Positions 41,085 to 48,300 of a stretch of 64,000 nucleotides of DNA are shown here, piece after piece. This DNA is from Candidatus Poribacteria bacterium. GTDB taxonomy: Bacteria > Poribacteria > WGA-4E > WGA-3G. Location of the stretch: assembly GCA_965242965.1 (NCBI GenBank), contig OZ251518.1, positions 3,744,001-3,808,000 on the forward strand. Reading direction: 5' to 3'. Below the pieces are notes generated by a model. The model was not told where the DNA came from. It ran no database searches and saw only the letters and a program-made list of their open reading frames with translations. Each line of letters begins with the position of its first letter. Positions within the stretch are counted from its first letter, which is position 1. Position numbers and translations under genes: made by a program.

Positions 41085-42515
41085 GTGAAGGTGCATTATT
41101 CAATCGTGAATTACGCCGAGATTGCCGAAAACTCCGATTTTAGGCTAGCGGCGGAGTATTATCATCCCGTCAGTTTGGCTATTCATCGCAAAATCAGGGA
41201 TAGCGGCGGCATCTCTTTTTTTCAGTGCCTCACGAAATTCTCATCCGGGAAAAACCTGCCGCAAACTCCGACTGGCAAATTCAAGTTCATTAGAACCCAA
41301 AATGTCAGGACTATCCTCGTCAGCGATAACGGAATGAGTCATACCGATAGGGCAGACGAATTAACTGAAATCGGGGAATTGCTTTTTGTGAGAGTCGGGG
41401 ATGTTGGCGATAGTTCTGTCGTCACGCCCACCTCGGCCAACAGCACGGTGAGTGATAATGTGCTACGGCTAAAAGTCACAGGAATAAACCCGTTTTTCTG
41501 CTCGGTTTTCTTTAATTCCACAGTCGGGCAGACATATTTCAAAAGAGTCTTCAAGGGCACTAGCCAAGGGTTAATTAGCCGCGAAAATTTCAGGGACATC
41601 CTCATCCCGCAATTCTCGGAAAAATTCCAAAATGCAATGGAATTTTTCTGTCTGGAAGCGGATTCTCTGCACCAGCAGAGCGTTCTCAAGTCCAGTGATG
41701 CCGAAAAACTGTTACTTGTTGAACTTAACCTCGCCAACTGGCAGCCGAAACCACAACTCGCCTTCGTCAAAAACTATTCGGATGTTCAGGGGGCAGAACG
41801 CTTTGACGCAGACTACTTCCAACCCAGATACGATGACATCGTCAACGCTATTAAAGGCTATCCGGGAGGTTGGGATACGTTAGGAAACCTCGTCACGTTG
41901 GAAAAGTGCGTTGAGGTGGGTAGCCGGAAATACCGGGAGACAGGCATCCCCTTCGTGCGCGTGAGCAATCTGAGTCCGTTTGAAATCACGCACGAGAAAT
42001 ACATCTCGGAAGAGTTGTACGCGGAACTTGAGCAACACCAACCGAAACAGGGAGAAATCCTGCTCAGCAAGGATGCAACACCCGGCATCGCGCATCATCT
42101 GCGCGAACAGCCGACTAAAATGATTCCCGCAGGCGGCATCCTCCGATTGAAGCACAAATCCGAACTCGTCCGAACTGCCTATCTGACGCTAGTACTCAAT
42201 TCGATTTTGGGGCAAGAACAGGTGAGTCGCGATGTGGGAGGTTCGGTAATTCCGCATTGGCGGCCATCTCAGGTGGCAGAAACGCTCATTCCTATTCTGC
42301 CTGATGAGAAGCAGGCGGAGATCGAGCGGAAAGTCACCGAATCCTTTAACCTGCGCCAACAATCCAAGCACCTGTTGGAATGCGCAAAACGCGCCGTGGA
42401 CATCGCAATTGAGGCGGATGAAGAGACGGCTCTGAGATGGTTGGAAACCGGCTCCAAATCTACCAACGCTGCACCGGGAGTGCTTCGATTTCCTCAAAAT
42501 GCGCATCCCGCGTAA
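41085..42515 (+). CDS. Two-TRD specificity subunit (HsdS-like)
   Basis: Two half-domains starting RLAAEYYHP and RFDADYFQP; IPFVRVSNL, GEILLSKD, IPILPDEKQAEI. Confidence 0.87.
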   Translation: MKVHYSIVNYAEIAENSDFRLAAEYYHPVSLAIHRKIRDSGGISFFQCLTKFSSGKNLPQTPTGKFKFIRTQNVRTILVSDNGMSHTDRADELTEIGELLFVRVGDVGDSSVVTPTSANSTVSDNVLRLKVTGINPFFCSVFFNSTVGQTYFKRVFKGTSQGLISRENFRDILIPQFSEKFQNAMEFFCLEADSLHQQSVLKSSDAEKLLLVELNLANWQPKPQLAFVKNYSDVQGAERFDADYFQPRYDDIVNAIKGYPGGWDTLGNLVTLEKCVEVGSRKYRETGIPFVRVSNLSPFEITHEKYISEELYAELEQHQPKQGEILLSKDATPGIAHHLREQPTKMIPAGGILRLKHKSELVRTAYLTLVLNSILGQEQVSRDVGGSVIPHWRPSQVAETLIPILPDEKQAEIERKVTESFNLRQQSKHLLECAKRAVDIAIEADEETALRWLETGSKSTNAAPGVLRFPQNAHPA

Positions 42516-42525
42516 CACAGGTACT

Positions 42526-43305
42526 TGAGGGGGTTTCATAAATCCCCGTAGGAGAGACCTCCTGGTCTCGATGCAATCGGGCGGCGCGCCTACCGGGGCC
42601 GCGGCGGCAGAAAGCCCCCCTCATCGTAGGGCGAGGGCCCTCGCATGCCATCTGCGCATGCGAGTGGGTTTCCCTCGCCATCGTCCGCGCAATTCAACGA
42701 TCGCGGGGGACAGGCCCCCGCACTACAAAAAAAACGGTCCTTCACCGTAGGGCGAGGGCCTGTCCCTCGCCATCGCTCGCGCTACGCAAAAAACGTCTTT
42801 TGTTCTCTTAGGTCCGTAGGACCTTAATGTCTATAGCACTCGGCGATCCGAAGAGCTCTAAGGTCCTTTAGGTCCTTAATGTGTTTTGCCATGCGGCGCG
42901 TGTTTTTATTAAGGACCTAAAGGACCTTGAAAACAAGACGACACGTGTATCTATAGACATTAAGGTCCTAAAGGACCTAAAACGCATCGTGACGATGGAC
43001 GCTCGCGGGGGACAGGCCCCCGCGCTACGGGCGGAGAAAATCCCCTCCTTCATCGTAGGGCGAGGGCCTGTCCCTCGCCAGCGTCCGCTCGCCAGGCCCT
43101 GTAGGTCAGGATCGCCTGATCCTGACCTGTTTGTGATCAGGCGATCACAAACTACAGATGGGGAAACACGCATCGTGACGCTGGACAACGCGGGGACAGG
43201 CCCCCGCGCTACGGGAACATCGAGACCAGGAGGTCTCTCCTACCGAGAAGAAATCGAGCACCGAGGTCTCTCCTACCGAACACATCGAAATATGAAACAC
43301 CCTCA
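42526..43305. mobile_element. MITE-like shell with REP cargo (780 bp)
   Basis: TIRs TGAGGGGGTTTCATA / TATGAAACACCCTCA; flanks GGTACT / GGTAAT. Confidence 0.8.
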
Positions 43306-43536
43306 GGTAATTACCGTTCTGAAGCATTGCCCTGCCCCCCACTCTTCCTCAATTGCTTGCTTCATTTCTGCAATGTCTTCCGGCGGAAACAGGCCTACCA
43401 ATTTGACCAGGTCTTTCCCCGGGGTGCCCTTGATTGGTTCGCCGAGGAGGTCGCGTGTGTAATCCAATACCTGCTTCTGTTGCATCGGCGAGAGTTTATC
43501 AAGCCGCGTCAGGAGTTCGTGTTTCACATTGTCCAT
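43303..43536 (-). CDS. Small DUF2281-like/antitoxin-like protein, possibly 3'-altered
   Basis: LDKLSPMQQKQVLDY...GTPGKDL...EMKQAIEE; AGGAGG; stop supplied by the adjacent TIR. Confidence 0.55.
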   Translation of the reverse strand: MDNVKHELLTRLDKLSPMQQKQVLDYTRDLLGEPIKGTPGKDLVKLVGLFPPEDIAEMKQAIEEEWGAGQCFRTVIT

Positions 43537-43703
43537 TGCAATGCCTCCTTAAAAACCATTTGATAGCCATTTTACCATACCCTATATGAAAAAACAATGA
43601 AAAAACCTTGACAAAACGTCCTGTCATAGTGTAAAATTTAGTAATCTCTATAAACGTTGCACTTCGCTGGAGTGCTTCATCGGAAGAATTACGGAGGTTT
43701 ACC

Positions 43704-44486
43704 ATGCTTACGCAAGCCCAGGTTGATTTTTATCACGAAAACGGCTACCTCAAAGTGGAGCAACTCTTCACACCGGAGGAAACGAACGAGCTCGCATCTG
43801 AAATGGTGCGCATTATTAACAACTGGGGACAGGAGACGATCGGCTGGCCCGGCCCCTGGCGCACACGCTACCTCAAAGCGGAAGACCAGGATACGACGAA
43901 GGCTGTCTTCATGCATAACCCGCATTTCTATTCGGCTACGTGGGGACGCGTGATTTTCCACGAACGGCTGACGGGTGCAGTGCAATCGCTCATCGGCGAC
44001 ACTATCCAGTGGCACCACACCGTGCTGCACGCCAAGCCGCCGGAAAAAGGCACGCCGTTCCCGATGCATCAGGACTATCCCTTCTACCCACACGATGGGC
44101 TTGACTTCGTGGATTGCCTCGTGCATCTTGACGACGCGCCTTTTGAGAGCGGCGCACTGCGGGTAGTCCCCGGCAGCCATAAGGAAGGACCGCGGGAGCA
44201 TATCACGGGTGAAGGCACCGCGCCTCATCTGCCTACCGATAAGTATCATCCGGATTTCCTAGACTCTCTCCCGATTCCGGCGAAGGCAGGCGATGTGATT
44301 TTCTTCAGTTATTGCCTCATACACTGGTCAGAGGTGAATCAGACGGAGCAGTGGCGGAAGGCGGTGCGCTTCGGGTATCATAAACCGGATATGCGTCCTG
44401 TCGGCCGCGCCCCGGAGGAGGCCTACAACAACATTGTTGCAGGCGGTTTCAAGGTGAACCCGGCGGAACGGGAGCTGCTCGCCTAG
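43704..44486 (+). CDS. Phytanoyl-CoA dioxygenase (PhyH) family Fe(II)/2OG oxygenase
   Basis: FYHENGYL, HQD, GALRVVPGSH, AGDVIFF...IHWS...R. Confidence 0.92.
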   Translation: MLTQAQVDFYHENGYLKVEQLFTPEETNELASEMVRIINNWGQETIGWPGPWRTRYLKAEDQDTTKAVFMHNPHFYSATWGRVIFHERLTGAVQSLIGDTIQWHHTVLHAKPPEKGTPFPMHQDYPFYPHDGLDFVDCLVHLDDAPFESGALRVVPGSHKEGPREHITGEGTAPHLPTDKYHPDFLDSLPIPAKAGDVIFFSYCLIHWSEVNQTEQWRKAVRFGYHKPDMRPVGRAPEEAYNNIVAGGFKVNPAERELLA

Positions 44487-44571
44487 GCGAAAGTCGTTGG
44501 GTTTGTTCCTGCCGGCTCATTTTCGGCAAACGTGCCCGCGCGGTGTGTAAGGGAGGATGTCTCTATCGGCG

Positions 44572-44604
44572 AAAAAAAACTGCCCCACTTTCGTGGGGCA
44601 GTTT
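44572..44604 (-). terminator. Intrinsic terminator
   Basis: AAAAAAAACTGCCCCAC-TTTC-GTGGGGCAGTTT: perfect stem with a U-tract on the minus strand. Confidence 0.8.
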
Positions 44605-44613
44605 GACGTTATT

Positions 44614-45322
44614 TGAGGGGTTTCATAAATCGCTCAACGTCGCGGGGGAAACCCTCTCGGATGCGCGTGTGGCATCCGAGAGGCCCCTGCGCTACGATGA
44701 AAAAAACGCCACCCCTTCACGTAGGGCGAGGGCCTGTCCCTCGCCATGTGTCTTGCTGTCAAACCGCATCCCCCCTGTAGGGCAGGATTACCTTATCTGA
44801 CCCGTTCGGGAGCGGGCGCTCCCGAACTACAGAGGTGGGCCCGATGCCTGCCGGTATTCGTCCTCCCTCCAAGGCGGGATAAATCCCCGTAGGAGAGACC
44901 TCCCGGTCTCGATGCAATAGGGCGGCGCGCTCACCGGAGTCCCTCGCCAGCGTCCGCGCAATCCAACGCATGCGGGGGACAGGTCCGCGCACTACAAAAA
45001 AAACGGTTCTTAGGTCCGTAGGACCTTAATGTCTATAGCCCGCGCACCCGCGAAGAACTCTAAGGTCCTTTAGGTCCTTAATAGTTTTTGCCAGGGCCGC
45101 GCGTGTTTTTATTAAGGACCTAAAGGACCTTGACGTGGGCCGATACGTTTTTCTATAGACATGTAGGTCTTAAAAGACCTAAAACGCCACTCTTGACGAT
45201 GGTCAACGCGGGGGAAACCCGTTCGGATGCGCGTATGGCATCCGAGGGCCCCCGCGCTACGGGCACATTGAGACCAGGAGGTCTCTCCTACCCAGAGGAC
45301 ATTGATATATGAAACACCCTCA
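44614..45322. mobile_element. MITE-like shell with REP cargo (709 bp)
   Basis: TIRs TGAGGGGTTTCATA / TATGAAACACCCTCA; perfect CGTTATT duplication (44607-44613, 45323-45329). Confidence 0.87.
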
Positions 45323-45324
45323 CG

Positions 45325-48300
45325 TTATTTCCGTTTTTTCAGTTCCCCCAACGTCGTCAAATGCCGGTTGACAGCAGAGAAATGCCCTCTCATTTGCCGC
45401 GTCGCTAACAATTGGCGCGCACCCATAAGCGAGACATCCTCAAGCCGATAGTAGTATTCAATCCCCGGCTTCGCCGTTTTATCAACGAAGGTGTAATCTG
45501 TCCGCTCACCTGTCGTGCCGGCACCGGGGATGAGCCTCGGCGTGATAGACGTAAACTTCCCGTCGCCCGTTTCGCTCCGCAGGATGTTGAATCCGGCATT
45601 GTCCAACTCCGATGCGGTGTGCCACGTGAGCAGCACACCTGACTCGGCGCGAACAGCGCGGAAGTGCGCTAACTCCACAGGCAACGGCCCGCCGCGCCGA
45701 TAGCCCGGTGTGCCGATATCCTCCGGATGCCCATAATAGGTGTTGACATCCTTGATAGTGAGACTCGCGGCGTTCACCCAGCCGGAACGCTTCGTGCCAT
45801 CGGCGGGGAGCCCTTTCCGATAACGGCGGATTATTGAACTACGGCGGCCTTCTTCCCTTCCTGCTGGCAATTGCCACATCGGTGCGTTTTCCGCCAAGTT
45901 ACCCACCTCATCGACTAAAGTGCCTTCGCTGTCGCTGAGTGTCAGCGTGAATCCAGCGGGGCTCAACACCGTATCGCGTTGGTTTTTCATGCCGAGTGCG
46001 GCGCGATGCGCCTCGTTGTAATAGAGGCTATACCGCCGCGCCGAGGGAAAATGTTCCTCGCCGGAATTGCGACTCCCTGCAGAGAAAATGAGGAGCGTCT
46101 GATTGGGGAGCACTATCCGCTTTTCCAACGTCAACACTGCCTTCAGTTTCCCGCGAAATTCGTCGGCATCGGCATTCTGTATCTCCAGTGTCCAGCCTTT
46201 CAGGTTCACCGCCTGCGTTTGCGAACTGTTGTATAACTCTATCCACTGCGGCAGCCTGCCGTTACTACCCGCGGCGAACATCATTTCACTGACACTCACG
46301 GTGGCATCGTCAGCGAAGTCAGACGCTTTAGACTTCACGGCATCGTTAGGATATCCCGGTGTGCCGCCCGTTGCCCAAGAGACACGCACCTGCCTGTCAT
46401 AGCCGAGGCCCGTCGGGCCCGCTTTCTCCCACGCGGTTTTATGATACCCGACGACGGTGGCTTTGTCGCGCCGCCAAACGGCATCGGCGACGAGGGCTTC
46501 TTCGGTGTTGCCGCCGGGATGCCGCGTGTTCTTCAACGGCCAGATGTCCGTTTGGAAGGTTCTGGCAGTGTCGGCGATGAATGCATCGGTATCCGTGCCG
46601 CCGCCACCGGCCACATCGATGATGTTCGCCGATTTACCGTTCTGATTGCGGGCATTGCGGAGAATCAACAGGAATTGCCCATCGTTCGGAATGCGGAGTT
46701 TCGGTGCTACCAGATACAGATGCGTTGCGCCTTTCTTTTTCCCGGTCGCGTCAGGTGCTTTAGCGATGTTTTCACCGGCAGCAAGGTGCGTTTTACCCGG
46801 CGCGGTATTCGTCACCAATAAAATGCCGTTGGCGGGAAGACTATATTGCGCGCCATTTGGGATTTCGACGAGCGATTTATCCGCTTTTTCGTCATCCGCA
46901 ATGATGCTGATTTCCCAGTTTTTGAGCGGCACGGGTTTGCTCGTGACGTTGCGGAGTTCAATCCAATCATTTTCATCGTCGCTGCCATTGCCGATTTCAT
47001 TGAAAACGATAGGCGTGCGTGGCACGCGGGTTCTTGAGACGCGGGGGAGCCCGCCGCCTCCGCCTCCGCCGCCACCACCACCTCCTCCGCCACCAGAGGA
47101 TGCTTGGGTGACAGGTTCGGGTTCCGGTTCAGGTTCCGGCTCAGGTTCCGGTTCAGGTGTGCCGATAATCGGAATGTTCAGGATAGGCGGCGCATCGCCT
47201 GTCGAAATTTGAAGCGGCGTTTCCAACGGCGCATCCGGCGATAAATTCTGCGCGCGTTTGGCGGCCATCACCACAGAATTCCCATCACCGTCAACGATGT
47301 CAGAACCGACAGGAATCGTTAAACTATTCGGTTTAGGACTCACATACTGCGCATTATCCGCGCTCGTCACGGTATAAACGAATGTCACCAACGTTGAGTT
47401 CGTGTCTTCTTGCCGCGCCCAATACGCCTGCCGTTCATTTGAACCGACATAGAGGAGAATATAGGGCGGCGTGCCGGTGTATCTGACGTTGTCTTCGTCA
47501 AACGTTGCTTGCACCTCAATGACGCTTCCGGCGGTATATTGAGCGGGTGGATTCGGCGGGAATTGGAAACTGCCGGTGATGGCAGGTGGGGAGACATCCC
47601 ACGGCACAACAAGGTTTTTGCTCATATCCAAGGCGTAAGCATTCCCCGATGCCTTCGTCACACTGCCGTGATGGAGATTGAAAGTGAAAGTGCCCTCGCT
47701 TGTAGGCGTGACAGTCACCGTCCAGATATGCTGAATCACATCCGTATGAACAGGTGCACTGAGGGTTGCGGTTGCGTTGTCCTCAGCGATGAGGTTGACA
47801 TCTTCAACAGTGAATGCACCGGGGCCCGTGGTTGCGAGGGCACCCGAAAAACGGAAGGCCACGTCAAAAGTCGGCAGATTCGTAGTTTGCTGCACATTCA
47901 CGAGGGTAATTGATTCCAGCGTCAGCACCTGCGAGTCTCCCGACGTTGCCGCAGCGCATGCAACGAGAGCAGAACAGCCAGACCAGGGGCTTGTGCCTTC
48001 AGCGTTTCGGGCGCGCACCTGCACCTGATACGCCGAGTCTTGGTTTAAACCGGTGAGTATCGCTGTGGTGCTAGCATCAGCGTGATATACATCTATCCAA
48101 TCGCCCGTGGCCCCCTCGCGGTATTGAACATCGTAGCCGGTTATCTCCGGGCCGGTGTTTGCGGGTGCTGTCCATGTCACGTGTAGACTCGTAGCGGACA
48201 AAGAGAGCACTGTCGGTGCAAAGGGAGTTGAGGGAGGCTCTGCCACATCTGTAACGGTGACGACGATGATTTTGCTGACGCTCTTCGCGCGTCCATCGGT

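Noticed and set aside
32769-42515. Classical Type I RM system or invertible hsdS shufflon
   Set aside because: There is no HsdR helicase or site-specific recombinase, and all TRDs are in direct orientation.
32769-42515. Diversity-generating retroelement behind the repeated segments
   Set aside because: No reverse transcriptase is in the window and the differences between copies are not adenine-specific.
42460-43462. ORFs over repeat regions (also 555-917, 13530-13907, 14864-15119, 24853-25490, 28452-28667, 44543-44992)
   Set aside because: They are translations of REP modules (recurrent RGPVPR, RDREVSPT, KDLKDL) with no ribosome-binding sites or domain motifs.
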